From Minisyncoccota bacterium (lineage in GTDB: Bacteria > Patescibacteriota > Minisyncoccia > Phycocordibacterales > Phycocordibacteraceae), in assembly GCA_035627655.1 (NCBI GenBank), contig DASPLI010000001.1, positions 259,355-323,354 of the forward strand: 64,000 nt of DNA, written 5' to 3'. The position numbers and the translations under genes are program-made. Position 1 is the first letter of the stretch; every line of letters begins with the position of its first letter. Under the pieces are notes generated by a model. That model saw nothing but the letters and a program-made list of their open reading frames with translations. It made no database searches and was not told the DNA's origin. This document shows positions 55,154 to 64,000 of this stretch, one piece after another.

Positions 55154-55223
55154 TCCAATTGTCGGTTTGCCTATTTGTTGTATAGTCCGCTCACGTTCTT
55201 TCTAATTAAAGGAGGTTGTACAC

Positions 55224-55763
55224 GTGAAGAAATTCTTTACGGACATGCTCGGGGTTCTTGCCCTGGTCGCGCTCCTAAGCCCCTACCTTGCGCTTATACT
55301 CGGGCTTTCGCTCATCGCGACAGGAGCTGCGGCACTTCTTGGGGTCTCAGCTGTGGCAGGGTATTTCTCCGTCGGCGTGATTGTCTACGGAGTATTCGCG
55401 ATCTTCACGTTCGCGTATCTCGTGACATTCGCCTATCTGCAGTGCTGTGTTGGTCTGGACTCGTTCTGGAACCATCTGCGGCATCGCGGGTGGCAAGAAA
55501 CGGGTTTCGACCTGCTTGGCGCAGTGATCTGGCCGTGGGTGTGGTTTGTGTTCGATCGGAACCTTCACGCCTTCAGGCTGACTTTCGCTGATAGCGTACT
55601 CCACGTACTGCAACAGTGGTTTGTTGGTTCGTGGCGTGGCACATCGCTCACGGTCTTCAATCCGGCAACCGGCGAAACGAAGACAGTGTACGTGAAGTCC
55701 GGCGAGCAATCTTCTGCGATGATTGCAAAAGAGATCCTGCACAAGGACGAAAAGCTGCACTAG
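55224..55763 (+). CDS. Polytopic membrane protein (GTG start after AAAGGAGG)
   Basis: Hydrophobic helices. Confidence 0.45.
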   Translation: MKKFFTDMLGVLALVALLSPYLALILGLSLIATGAAALLGVSAVAGYFSVGVIVYGVFAIFTFAYLVTFAYLQCCVGLDSFWNHLRHRGWQETGFDLLGAVIWPWVWFVFDRNLHAFRLTFADSVLHVLQQWFVGSWRGTSLTVFNPATGETKTVYVKSGEQSSAMIAKEILHKDEKLH

Positions 55764-55775
55764 CCGTATAACGGC

Positions 55776-55806
55776 AGAGCCGCCTCGATGAGAGGCGGCT
55801 CTTTCC
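55776..55806 (+). terminator. Intrinsic terminator
   Basis: AGAGCCGCCTC-GATGAG-AGGCGGCTCT + TTCC. Confidence 0.7.
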
Positions 55807-55814
55807 TATATATA

Positions 55815-56172
55815 GGTGGAGGTGGGGAGAATTGAACTCCCGTCCGAATCCGTCTTTGAGAGCGAGTCTACGACGCGTAGTCCTGATTAGGTGCTAGGGC
55901 AGGGTGCGAGGAATCGGGACGAAACCACTCCTGCCTGATCCCGATTATCTAGGCATTCCGTTCGGGAAGACGGATGCCGATCTCGTAGAAGATTCCGCCC
56001 ATATCAACCGCTACGAGAACCGGAAGATATGAACGTCGCGAAGGCGAAAACCCGGAGGTTACGCGTAGGCGAACGCAAAGTCCTTCATACCGAAGTACGG
56101 GGACTTAACGCTTGCAAAGGTATTCTTGGCAAGTTTGGGTGTGTACGTTGGTAAAGCGGTCAGCACACCTCC
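55815..56172 (-). ncRNA. ssrA: tmRNA (SsrA)
   Basis: tRNA-like 3' end on minus strand ...GGACGGGAGUUCAAUUCUCCCCACCUCCACC (T-arm + acceptor, cf. E. coli ...GGACGCGGGUUCAACUCCCGCCAGCUCCACCA); 5' GGAGGUG pairs 7/7 with 3' CACCUCC; adjacent to smpB; candidate tag ORF ...(M)KDFAFAYA-UAA. Confidence 0.7.
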
Positions 56173-56265
56173 GCTGCGTCGCACGTCTCTCAAAGAACAG
56201 ACCGTCAAAGCCGGTCACCCCCAGGAAGAAGACGATACACCGATCATCTGCTTACGGCGAGCTTC

Positions 56266-56715
56266 CTACTTTCGCTTCAGGATGCGCGCAACTTCGCGCT
56301 CCGCATCCTTCTTTTTCAGGTCTTCACGCTTGTCCGCTTTTCCTTTGCCGCGGACAACCGCGACGCGAACCTTTAGATATCTATCATTATACACCTCAAA
56401 AGGCACTATTGTCAAGCCTTTCTTCGACTCCGCATCAGCAAGTTCCGCCACTTCTTCCTTCTTAAGAAGAAGTTTTCGCGGACGCTCAGGGTCGTAGCCC
56501 TTGCCGGCGTTTGCAACCTGGTAAGGAGGGATGGTCGCGCCGATGAGATATGCCTCGCCGCCGCGCACCACAACACGCGCACCATCAAGCGATCCCTGCT
56601 TCTGGCGAAGAGACTTTGCTTCACTTCCGGTAAGCTCAATGCCCGCCGAATATGATTCGACGGTGAAAAAGCGAAGCTTGGCCTTTTTGTTCTCGAGGAG
56701 AACCATAATTCGCAT
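56266..56715 (-). CDS. smpB: SsrA-binding protein SmpB
   Basis: Canonical SmpB sequence. Confidence 0.9.
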   Translation of the reverse strand: MRIMVLLENKKAKLRFFTVESYSAGIELTGSEAKSLRQKQGSLDGARVVVRGGEAYLIGATIPPYQVANAGKGYDPERPRKLLLKKEEVAELADAESKKGLTIVPFEVYNDRYLKVRVAVVRGKGKADKREDLKKKDAEREVARILKRK

Positions 56716-56754
56716 TGTCCTACAGGAGCCTCCTACTGTATAGTGCTTGTATCT

Positions 56755-58692
56755 ATGGCACCAAAACGGGAACCGGTAAAAAAACCGGTAATAAAAAACG
56801 GTAAGAAGGGAGCACCGAAGACGCCGCGCGGACTTGTACCGGGTGGCGGCATTGGCGGCAACCTCCTCTACGTCATCATTGTGTTCTTGCTCATCATGAG
56901 CGTGTACACGCTCATTACGGGAAACAAGCCGACCGAAGAGATTGCACTCTCGCAGGTTGCCGGAGACGTGCGCGCTGGTCTTGTGACAACGGTTGAGGTG
57001 TCCGGAGACGAACTTACCCTCACGTACGTTGATGGCGCGACCAAGACATCTATGAAGGATCCGGATGCAGCGCTCACCGAGACGCTGGCATCCTATGGCG
57101 CAACTGCTGAAGAGCTTTCTAAAGTAACGATCAACATCAAGGGTCGCGGCGGATTTGAATTCTGGTTTGCAACGCTTGCGCCAATTATCCTGCCGATCAT
57201 CTTCCTGGCAGTCCTATTCTGGTTCCTCGCGCGCCAGGTACGGGGTGCCGGCATGCAAGCCTTTACGTTTGGCCAGTCCAAGGCGCGCATGATTGATCCG
57301 AAGGACACGGCGCAGCGCGTCGTGTTCGCTGATGTTGCAGGCGCGAAAGAAGCAAAGGAAGAGCTTTTGGAGATTGTCGACTTCCTCAAGAACCCGAAGA
57401 AGTTTCTTGATATTGGTGCTCGCATCCCGAAGGGCATCATTCTCATGGGTGCGCCTGGTACGGGCAAGACCCTGCTTGCGCGCGCAGTAGCTGGAGAGGC
57501 GGGCGTGCCGTTCTTCTCCATTTCCGGTTCTGAGTTCGTAGAAATGTTCGTCGGTGTGGGCGCATCTCGCGTACGCGACCTCTTCCAGATGGCAAAGCGT
57601 GCCGCGCCATCGATTATCTTCGTCGACGAAATTGATGCGGTGGGACGCGTGCGCGGATCGGGTATTGGTGGTGGTAACGACGAGCGCGAGCAGACCCTCA
57701 ACCAGATTCTCGTTGAGATGGACGGCTTTGATCCAGCTGAAAAGGTGATCATTATGGCTGCTACAAACCGCCCAGACGTGCTTGATCCGGCCCTGCTTCG
57801 CCCTGGACGCTTTGACCGCCGCGTGACGATTGACCTGCCGGACCGCAAAGACCGCGAGGATATTCTCATGATTCATGCGCGCAAGAAGCCGCTTGGACCG
57901 GATGTCGACCTCTCCGTTATCGCTGAGCGCACACCGGGCTTCTCGGGCGCCGAGCTCTACTCGCTTATGAACGAGGGCGCGATTCTCGCAGCACGCGAAA
58001 ACCGTAAAGAGGTAACGCAATACGACCTCATCCGCTCAATCGAGAAGGTGATGCTTGGCCCTGAGCGCAAGAGCCACCTCCTTTCGAAGAAGGAGAAGAA
58101 GGTAACGGCGTATCACGAAGCGGGGCATGCGCTCGTCTCGTCGGTGCTGCCGAACTCCGATCCGGTCCACAAGATTTCCATTATTAGCCGCGGCCGAGCA
58201 GGCGGCTACACGCTCAAGCTTCCGTTTGAGGACCGCAAGATGCAGTCGCGCAAGGAATTCCTCGATGACATTGCAACGACGCTTGGCGGCTACGTAGCGG
58301 AAGAGATGATCTTCGGCGACATTACGACCGGCCCTTCAAACGATCTTGCCGTGCTCACCTCGCTTGCGCGCAATATGGTTGCTCGCTACGGCATGTCTGA
58401 CACGCTTGGTCCGGTTGCCTTCGTCACCGATCGCGGCCTTGAAGCGGGCGAGCAGGTATCGCAGGAAGTTGCGGCAAAGATTGATGCGGAAGTGTCGCGC
58501 ATCATCGCCGAGGCGCGCGAGCGCGCAAAGAAAGTGCTTCTTGATCACCGGGGTGCGCTTGATGCGATCGCCAACCGCTTGGTGGAAGTAGAGACGGTAG
58601 AGCGTGCAGAGTTTGAAGATCTGCTTCGTGCAAACGGCATTACGCCAAAGAAGCGGGAAGAGTACGAAGAAGCAGTCACTATCACTGACTAA
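56755..58692 (+). CDS. ftsH: ATP-dependent zinc metalloprotease FtsH
   Basis: AAA Walker [20 protein letters not shown]. Confidence 0.93.
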   Translation: MAPKREPVKKPVIKNGKKGAPKTPRGLVPGGGIGGNLLYVIIVFLLIMSVYTLITGNKPTEEIALSQVAGDVRAGLVTTVEVSGDELTLTYVDGATKTSMKDPDAALTETLASYGATAEELSKVTINIKGRGGFEFWFATLAPIILPIIFLAVLFWFLARQVRGAGMQAFTFGQSKARMIDPKDTAQRVVFADVAGAKEAKEELLEIVDFLKNPKKFLDIGARIPKGIILMGAPGTGKTLLARAVAGEAGVPFFSISGSEFVEMFVGVGASRVRDLFQMAKRAAPSIIFVDEIDAVGRVRGSGIGGGNDEREQTLNQILVEMDGFDPAEKVIIMAATNRPDVLDPALLRPGRFDRRVTIDLPDRKDREDILMIHARKKPLGPDVDLSVIAERTPGFSGAELYSLMNEGAILAARENRKEVTQYDLIRSIEKVMLGPERKSHLLSKKEKKVTAYHEAGHALVSSVLPNSDPVHKISIISRGRAGGYTLKLPFEDRKMQSRKEFLDDIATTLGGYVAEEMIFGDITTGPSNDLAVLTSLARNMVARYGMSDTLGPVAFVTDRGLEAGEQVSQEVAAKIDAEVSRIIAEARERAKKVLLDHRGALDAIANRLVEVETVERAEFEDLLRANGITPKKREEYEEAVTITD

Positions 58693-58696
58693 AGAA

Positions 58697-58734
58697 GAGA
58701 CGCCGCGGCACGAAACCGCGGCGTCTTTCGTTTT
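58697..58734. terminator. Bidirectional terminator
   Basis: AGACGCCGCGG-CACGAAA-CCGCGGCGTCT + TTCGTTTT. Confidence 0.8.
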
Positions 58735-59662
58735 AGATGAGCAGGAACTCAAGGAGTGCCATGCGAACGAAGAGTCCGTTTTGCATCTGGATGAAGTAGC
58801 CGGCGCGCGGATCGGCGTCGATTGAGCGCGGCAGTTCATCGTTTCTAGGGAAGGGGTGCATGATGATCGCGTTTTTCGGAAGCTGATTTTTCATCTCTTC
58901 CGTAAACACGAGCACGTTCGTGATCTTCTTCTCGCCGCCCGTAACCCGGTACTCGTCTTGTGCGCGGGTGACGTACACCAGATCGAAGTCTCGGAAGTTT
59001 GGCGGGCGCGAGAGGTCGAAGCTGTGCGTGATTCCCGAGTTCAAGACCTGGTCCTGCACGTCGGGCGGTGGCACACCAGCTCCTTCCGGTCCGTAGTAGC
59101 ACAGCTGCTGCGGATGGATCTGCAGCTCAGCGCCATAGGACACCAAGAGTTTCGTGAGCGAGCGCACGGTTCTGCTTTGGTTGTTATCGCCAAAGAAGAG
59201 AATGCGCGGACTGCTCGGCAGCCGGCGACGCTCCATGAACCGCCAGATCGTGTAGAGATCGATATACGCCTGCGTCGGGTGTTCGTTATTTCCATCGCCG
59301 GCGTTGATGATCGGTACGGGAGATACGGCTGCTGCGCGCGCTGCCGCGCCCGACCTGTCGTGCCGAAGCACGATACAGTCGGCGTAACAGGCTTCCGTGA
59401 GGATCGTGTCTTCAAGCACCTCGCCCTTCACTTCGGACGAATAGTTCTTCATTTCCGGCATCTTGAGGACGCCGGCCCCGAGCCGCTTGGCCGCAGCATC
59501 GAATGAGTCGATGGTGCGGGTCGACGGCTGGTAGAAGAGAAGCGAGACGATGCGATCCGTGAGCACGTCGTAGCGCTGCTTCTTGTACTCGGTTGCCCGC
59601 CAGAAGACCTTCCGCAGCTCGATGGCTGAGAGGTCAGTGACGCTCACTATGTGTCTCACCAT
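58733..59662 (-). CDS. pyrB: Aspartate carbamoyltransferase catalytic subunit
   Basis: PSTRT, HPTQ, MHPFPR (HPLPR-type) motifs. Confidence 0.75.
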   Translation of the reverse strand: MVRHIVSVTDLSAIELRKVFWRATEYKKQRYDVLTDRIVSLLFYQPSTRTIDSFDAAAKRLGAGVLKMPEMKNYSSEVKGEVLEDTILTEACYADCIVLRHDRSGAAARAAAVSPVPIINAGDGNNEHPTQAYIDLYTIWRFMERRRLPSSPRILFFGDNNQSRTVRSLTKLLVSYGAELQIHPQQLCYYGPEGAGVPPPDVQDQVLNSGITHSFDLSRPPNFRDFDLVYVTRAQDEYRVTGGEKKITNVLVFTEEMKNQLPKNAIIMHPFPRNDELPRSIDADPRAGYFIQMQNGLFVRMALLEFLLI

Positions 59663-59781
59663 GTGAATTCTCCTTCTTGTAAGGTGCGACTGAGCGAAAC
59701 TGTAGACCTGGAAAGGATAAAAAGCAAAGACGCTTGTCGTTGCTTTGCAATTGGGTCTGCGCCCGCTACCATGCTCTATAT

Positions 59782-59994
59782 ATGGATCCGTCCTCGCACA
59801 ACATAGAGCAGTTGCTTGCAGAAAATCTTCGCATCGCTTCAGAAAACGCAGAAGAACTGAAGCGTATCCGGAAAGAACTTATGTGGATGAGTATTTTGCG
59901 CATCGTGGTGTGGCTTATCCTTGCCGGCGTCCCGGTGTTCGTTTACCTCCATCTCGTGAAGCCACCGCTTCAAAATATCTTCGGCCTTTCATGA
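59782..59994 (+). CDS. Small C-terminally anchored membrane protein, translationally coupled to next gene (ATGA overlap)
   Basis: 70 aa; ATG 59782. Confidence 0.4.
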   Translation: MDPSSHNIEQLLAENLRIASENAEELKRIRKELMWMSILRIVVWLILAGVPVFVYLHLVKPPLQNIFGLS

Positions 59995-60803
59995 TCCGAA
60001 CGATCGTCGCGTTTCTTGTGCTTGCGCTCGTAACAGGAGGGGTACTGGTGGTCTTGTTTCGCCAGCCGTCCAACGAAAAGACTTGGAAGGACTATCTCGC
60101 CGTACCAACAAACGTGACCTTCTCCGAAGACGGTGAGTCTGTGACGCTTAGCAGCGTGCGCGACTGGACCTACAACGAGGAAGAAGCGGTCTCGCGCACA
60201 TACGTGGACCGCACGTATGACCTCGGTTCCGTTTCAGGGCTCTGGTTTGTCGTCGAGCCGTTCCCGGACATGCCATCGTTCGGGCACACCTTGCTGGTAT
60301 TTGAGTTTACGGACGCGCCGCCAATCGCGTTCTCCGTCGAAGCGCTGCTTGAGGAAGGGGAGAACTACTCAGCATGGAAAGGACTCTTCAACGAATATGA
60401 GCTTGCCTATACGTGGGGCACGGAGCGAGACTTCCTTACGCGCCGGGCGGTGATGCTTGGCCATGAGATTTACCGGTACCAGCTGGCCGTCTCGCCAGAA
60501 GTCGCACGCGAAGTATTCGTTTCTTTCCTCAAGGGAACGCAGACGCTCGCTGAGCGCCCCGTCTTTTACAACACCCTCCTTCATAACTGCACGAACGAAC
60601 TCGCACATCTCATAAACGAACGCACGCCAGGTGCGCTTCCGTGGGATTGGTCGCGCGTGTTTACGGGCACGGCTGATCAGTATCTGTATAAGCTTGGATA
60701 CATCACCGGATCTTCTTTCAAAGAGGCGCAGGCAGCCGCACGCATCACTGAGCGCGTACGGGAACTTTCCTTGGATCCGGCATTCTCTGAGAAACTTCGT
60801 TAG
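59991..60803 (+). CDS. DUF4105 (Lnb N-terminal-like) domain protein with N-terminal TM anchor
   Basis: PSFGHTLLVFEF ... YNTLLHNCTNE pattern. Confidence 0.5.
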   Translation: MIRTIVAFLVLALVTGGVLVVLFRQPSNEKTWKDYLAVPTNVTFSEDGESVTLSSVRDWTYNEEEAVSRTYVDRTYDLGSVSGLWFVVEPFPDMPSFGHTLLVFEFTDAPPIAFSVEALLEEGENYSAWKGLFNEYELAYTWGTERDFLTRRAVMLGHEIYRYQLAVSPEVAREVFVSFLKGTQTLAERPVFYNTLLHNCTNELAHLINERTPGALPWDWSRVFTGTADQYLYKLGYITGSSFKEAQAAARITERVRELSLDPAFSEKLR

Positions 60804-60877
60804 TCCACCCGCTTGGACTCGAACCAAGGACCGCCGAGGTATAAGCTCGGAGCTCTAACCAACTGAGCTACGGGTGG
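60804..60877 (-). tRNA. tRNA with anticodon UAU (reads AUA; tRNA-Ile(UAU)-like), CCA not encoded
   Basis: rc = CCACCCG UA GCUC AGUUGGUUAG AGC U CCGAG CUUAUAC CUCGG CGGUC CUUGG UUCGAGU CCAAG CGGGUGG A; all four stems pair. Confidence 0.75.
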
Positions 60878-60922
60878 CTCCCTGCACTGTAGCGCAGGGA
60901 AGAAGGGAAGGCGACCCCTGGT

Positions 60923-61816
60923 ATGATGACCTACATGCTTGAAATACCGTGGTATGTCTTTGCGCTCCTTGGCGCACTGTTCGTATCCTTTGCGTCGGTG
61001 TTTGAGAAGAAAGTGCTCATCCACGACGAGCCGCTCCATTTCTCCGCCTCTTCTTCCGCGCTCATCGGCATCCTCTCGCTTCCGTTTCTGTTTTTCGTGG
61101 ACTGGAGTGCGATTCCTTCGATCGCGTTTCTTATCATGTACGGCGTTTCCATTCTTGCGATGCTCGCGTTTTGTTTGGTCGCCTTCTCGCTTCGAGCGCT
61201 CGAAGCAGGGGAGCAAACGCTGATTCTTGCGCTGACGCCTGCCGTTACCGCGCTCTTCGGGTTTTTATTTTTGGGAGAGACGCTTTCCACGCAAGCGTTT
61301 CTCGGTCTCATACTGATTGTGGTTGGACTGATCGTGCTTGAGTTTCCAAGCGCAAAAGCAGGATTGCACTCCCACGCCTTTCGCAAGAAGCTCGTGCCGA
61401 TATTTCTCGCCTTCGGTGCGGTGGTGGTCTACTCCCTCAGTGCCGTCGGCGACCGCATCGTACTCGGGCACTACGACGTCGACATCATCGACTTTCTGAT
61501 GATCGTGCAAGTTATGGCGCTTGCGAACTTCCTGGTGCTGAGCTGGTTTGATCGATCGCACAAGAAGTTGCTCACCTCCTCGTTCCGCCGGCACCCAATG
61601 CAGGTTGCCACGTTCTCGATCTTGCTGATCCTCTCGCGCCTTATGCACTCCCAGGCAGTATCCATGGCATACGTTGCGCTTGCCGCTGCCATCAAGCGAA
61701 GCGGCGCGCTTTTTACGATCGTGATCGCCCGCACGTATCTCAAAGAGCGCAGCGTCGGACATAAGCTGCTTGCCGGAGGCATTATTCTTGCAGGCGTCTT
61801 GTCCATCATTCTCTAA
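60923..61816 (+). CDS. EamA/DMT-family transporter
   Basis: 10 TM, two EamA-like repeats. Confidence 0.65.
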   Translation: MMTYMLEIPWYVFALLGALFVSFASVFEKKVLIHDEPLHFSASSSALIGILSLPFLFFVDWSAIPSIAFLIMYGVSILAMLAFCLVAFSLRALEAGEQTLILALTPAVTALFGFLFLGETLSTQAFLGLILIVVGLIVLEFPSAKAGLHSHAFRKKLVPIFLAFGAVVVYSLSAVGDRIVLGHYDVDIIDFLMIVQVMALANFLVLSWFDRSHKKLLTSSFRRHPMQVATFSILLILSRLMHSQAVSMAYVALAAAIKRSGALFTIVIARTYLKERSVGHKLLAGGIILAGVLSIIL

Positions 61817-61820
61817 ATTA

Positions 61821-61848
61821 AAAAAGCTCGCCCCCGGGAGGGGGCGAG
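61821..61848. terminator. Hairpin terminator (U-run in minus orientation)
   Basis: GCTCGCCCCC-GGGA-GGGGGCGAG preceded by AAAAAA on plus. Confidence 0.6.
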
Positions 61849-61868
61849 GATAGGCGAGGGGTTGTTTG

Positions 61869-62177
61869 TCAGTGGTGGCGCAGATACTGCGCCGGGCGCT
61901 TCGTCTGCCCCTTCCACGAACGATCCTTCCACGAAGAAGGGTAGCGGTCCTGCTCCCAGCCCTTCAAGGGGCGCTGGCGCGGGCTGAGGCTACGTGCGAG
62001 ACGGGACGGGAGCGCGAACTCCGGGCCCACGTCGAACACTTCGTCCGCGAGCGTCCGTTGGTTTGGACGACGCAGGGCCGACGCGACGCGGCCGTGAGGC
62101 GGGCGACCGATCGTCTTTTCATAGACGGTACGGCCGTCGCGGATCACGAACACCGGAATTGCGTTGACGTTGAACAT
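61869..62177 (-). CDS. Hypothetical protein
   Basis: ATG after GGGGAGA; competing plus-strand ORF is Arg-rich and rejected. Confidence 0.35.
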   Translation of the reverse strand: MFNVNAIPVFVIRDGRTVYEKTIGRPPHGRVASALRRPNQRTLADEVFDVGPEFALPSRLARSLSPRQRPLKGWEQDRYPSSWKDRSWKGQTKRPAQYLRHH

Positions 62178-62238
62178 GCACATTCTCCCCTGGCTGTTCC
62201 AAGGGCAATGGTACCATATACTGGACAAATTGTCAATA

Positions 62239-63039
62239 CTATCGCGGGAAGATGTCCAGGAGGAGGTCGGAGTTATAAAAGTCAGCTGCTAGGCCGCCAA
62301 AACTATAGGTCGTACCGCCTATTTCGATGGCCGCCCCGCCTGGTTTCGGGTCGGGTTTCGGTTTTGAGCGCTCAAATCCGATGTTATAGAGGGTCGAGAG
62401 AATAGCGACTTCGCCTTCAATCGGGAAACCGGCTCGGCTCCACTGCGCTTCAATCTGCTTGAGGTACAGGCCGGCATAGAGGTAGCTCCAGTAGTGGTTG
62501 TGTTGGTCGGTCATGCGTACAAACCGCTCCGTCTTGCTGTCGGTTGTGGTTGCAGGGAAATCGAGCAGGTGTTCGTAGCGGGGCCCAAGGTAAAACGGGG
62601 AAGCAGGGTCCTTGAGATGCATCTCAACCGGGATCGCCGTCTCTTCCTTCATGCCCATGACGCCCCAGGAGAACTGTGTTTGCGGCCCGAGAATCTTGAG
62701 CGGATAGAAAAACTGCTTGTAGGCTTCGCGCTCGGTAAAGAAAAGACGCAACTGCTCGGCAACGAGGTTTGCGACAATGAGGCGCGCGGGCACCCCTGCG
62801 TCCGTCGCTGCTCGCTTGATCACGTCTTCGTCGCGACGAATCGCTTCTTCGAGCACTGCCCACTCCTCAGTATCTTCCCAAGTCACTACCTGTCCGCCTT
62901 CGATAAAGGATTCGCGCTGCTCGTCGATGATGCCGGTTTCATTCGTTAGTCCAATGCGGACGGCAACATACCCGGCGACCAGAAAGAAGCCGATGGCAGC
63001 AAAAATATAGAGAAAGACGGTAAAGATCCGTTTCAGCAT
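62239..63039 (-). CDS. N-terminally anchored hypothetical protein
   Basis: 266 aa; TM then soluble domain. Confidence 0.45.
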   Translation of the reverse strand: MLKRIFTVFLYIFAAIGFFLVAGYVAVRIGLTNETGIIDEQRESFIEGGQVVTWEDTEEWAVLEEAIRRDEDVIKRAATDAGVPARLIVANLVAEQLRLFFTEREAYKQFFYPLKILGPQTQFSWGVMGMKEETAIPVEMHLKDPASPFYLGPRYEHLLDFPATTTDSKTERFVRMTDQHNHYWSYLYAGLYLKQIEAQWSRAGFPIEGEVAILSTLYNIGFERSKPKPDPKPGGAAIEIGGTTYSFGGLAADFYNSDLLLDIFPR

Positions 63040-63083
63040 TATCTCCGGAGTATGCCGGGAGACATGAAAAGGCGCAATGAAGC

Positions 63084-64000
63084 CTATTCGCTGTAGAGGT
63101 GCTCGGCCAACAGTTGCACGCGCGCGGCAAGCAGCGGATGCGTCTTGAGTTCCGGATCCTGATCAATAATGTTTCGCGCCGCGTCTCGCGCAGCCTCTAC
63201 CATTTTGAGATTCTTGAGCGCTTCCATGGCGATATCTGAGATGCCCCACTGGCGCGCGCCATACAGTTCGCCAGTGCCGCGAAGCGCCAGATCTTCCTCA
63301 GCAAGCGCAAAGCCGCTAGCAGATGTTGTGAGCGCTTTGAGGCGCGCAACAGTCGCGTCTGATTTTGATTCGGACTGCAAAAAGCAGTACGACTGGTGCG
63401 TCGAGCGAATGACGCGCCCGCGAAGCTGATGTAGTTGGGCAAGTCCGAAACGCTCCGCGCCCTCAATGAGGATCACGGTTGCATTCGGTACGTTGACGCC
63501 TACTTCAACCACCGACGTTGCAACAAGCACTTGAATTTCGTTTGCGGCAAACTTGCGCATTTCGTCTTCCTTCTCCGCAGGCGTCATCTTGCTGTGGAGG
63601 AGGCCGACCACATAGTCTTTGAACTCAGTCTTCTGAAGACGATCGCGCTCTGCCTTGGCAGACTTTGCTTGGAGCGCGAACTCTTTGCGTGGATCCGGCT
63701 CGTCAATGCGCGGACAGATGACGTAACACTGCCGTCCCGCCTTTAGCTCCTCATGCATGCGAGCATAGGCTTTCTTTCGAAGCGCTTCCGTTACGACTTC
63801 CGTAATGACCGGCTTTCTTCCGGCAGGCATCTCATCGAGTACCGTCAGATCAAGGTCGCCGTAGATCGTGAGTGCGAGCGTGCGCGGAATTGGAGTTGCG
63901 GTCATAGAAAGGAGGTGTGGTTCCTTGCCGTCCTTGCGCGCAAGCTTCTTACGCTGCACTTTGCCGAAGCGGTGCTGCTCGTCAATGATGGCAAGCGCTA
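63084..64000 (-). CDS. recG: ATP-dependent DNA helicase RecG (C-terminal part; gene continues beyond window end)
   Basis: MTATPIPRTL helicase motif; upstream in-frame sequence to window edge reads ...IIDEQHRFG (DEQH motif II). Confidence 0.85.
   Translation of the reverse strand, partial: ALAIIDEQHRFGKVQRKKLARKDGKEPHLLSMTATPIPRTLALTIYGDLDLTVLDEMPAGRKPVITEVVTEALRKKAYARMHEELKAGRQCYVICPRIDEPDPRKEFALQAKSAKAERDRLQKTEFKDYVVGLLHSKMTPAEKEDEMRKFAANEIQVLVATSVVEVGVNVPNATVILIEGAERFGLAQLHQLRGRVIRSTHQSYCFLQSESKSDATVARLKALTTSASGFALAEEDLALRGTGELYGARQWGISDIAMEALKNLKMVEAARDAARNIIDQDPELKTHPLLAARVQLLAEHLYSE

Noticed and set aside
57093-58020. Two overlapping minus-strand ORFs (258 and 268 aa)
   Set aside because: Antisense to ftsH.
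61866-62405. 179-aa plus-strand ORF
   Set aside because: Arg-rich, low-complexity translation typical of an out-of-frame GC-rich sequence. The minus-strand ORF has an RBS.
1-64000. CRISPR arrays or rRNA genes
   Set aside because: No regularly spaced direct repeats and no rRNA-like conserved stretches were seen. The only short repeats are the terminator-stem family and the A/B leader element.

Overview
This is a high-GC (about 58-60%) bacterial chromosomal window. Its backbone is the str/S10/spc ribosomal-protein super-operon. The backbone genes, in order, are rpsL-rpsG, then fusA, tuf-rpsJ, rplC-rplD-rplW-rplB, rpsS-rplV-rpsC-rplP-rpmC-rpsQ-rplN-rplX-rplE, and rpsN-rpsH-rplF-rplR-rpsE-rplO-secY-adk-map-ndk. 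It is interrupted at five junctions by inserted genes, each bounded by intrinsic terminators. rpmD (L30) is absent between rpsE and rplO, and several r-proteins carry Lys/Ala-rich extensions. Both traits suggest a CPR/Patescibacteria-like lineage (inference).

The largest insertion is a roughly 13 kb island at 24.3-37.3 kb between rplB and rpsS. It encodes a 2OG-Fe(II) oxygenase, a DUF3298-like membrane protein, a PP2C phosphatase translationally coupled to a protein-kinase-like protein, a long nicotinamidase (PncA), and a vWA-domain protein. The PP2C, kinase and vWA genes together resemble a TerY-P triad. The island continues with an ADP-ribosylglycohydrolase, glutamine-dependent NAD synthetase (NadE), nicotinate phosphoribosyltransferase (PncB), a bifunctional NadM-Nudix enzyme, and a Nudix-related regulator (NrtR-like).

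Elsewhere in the window: a pnuC-nadR (HTH-less) operon; rplT-rpmI-infC; tmRNA next to smpB; ftsH; pyrB; a tRNA with anticodon UAU; a P-loop kinase/CYTH fusion; a 5'-truncated recG; and an ~43% GC island carrying a ~926 aa secreted lipase-like protein.

Candidate cis-elements found: two TAGTGT-N7-ACACTA palindromes (upstream of the PP2C operon and of pnuC); a duplicated structured leader element upstream of the ARH and nadE genes with compensatory stem changes; and structured leaders upstream of rplC, rpsS, rpsL and tuf. No CRISPR, rRNA, integrase or transposase was seen.

ORF-track starts often use alternative start codons; several starts were revised to downstream ATG codons preceded by AAGGAG-like ribosome-binding sites.
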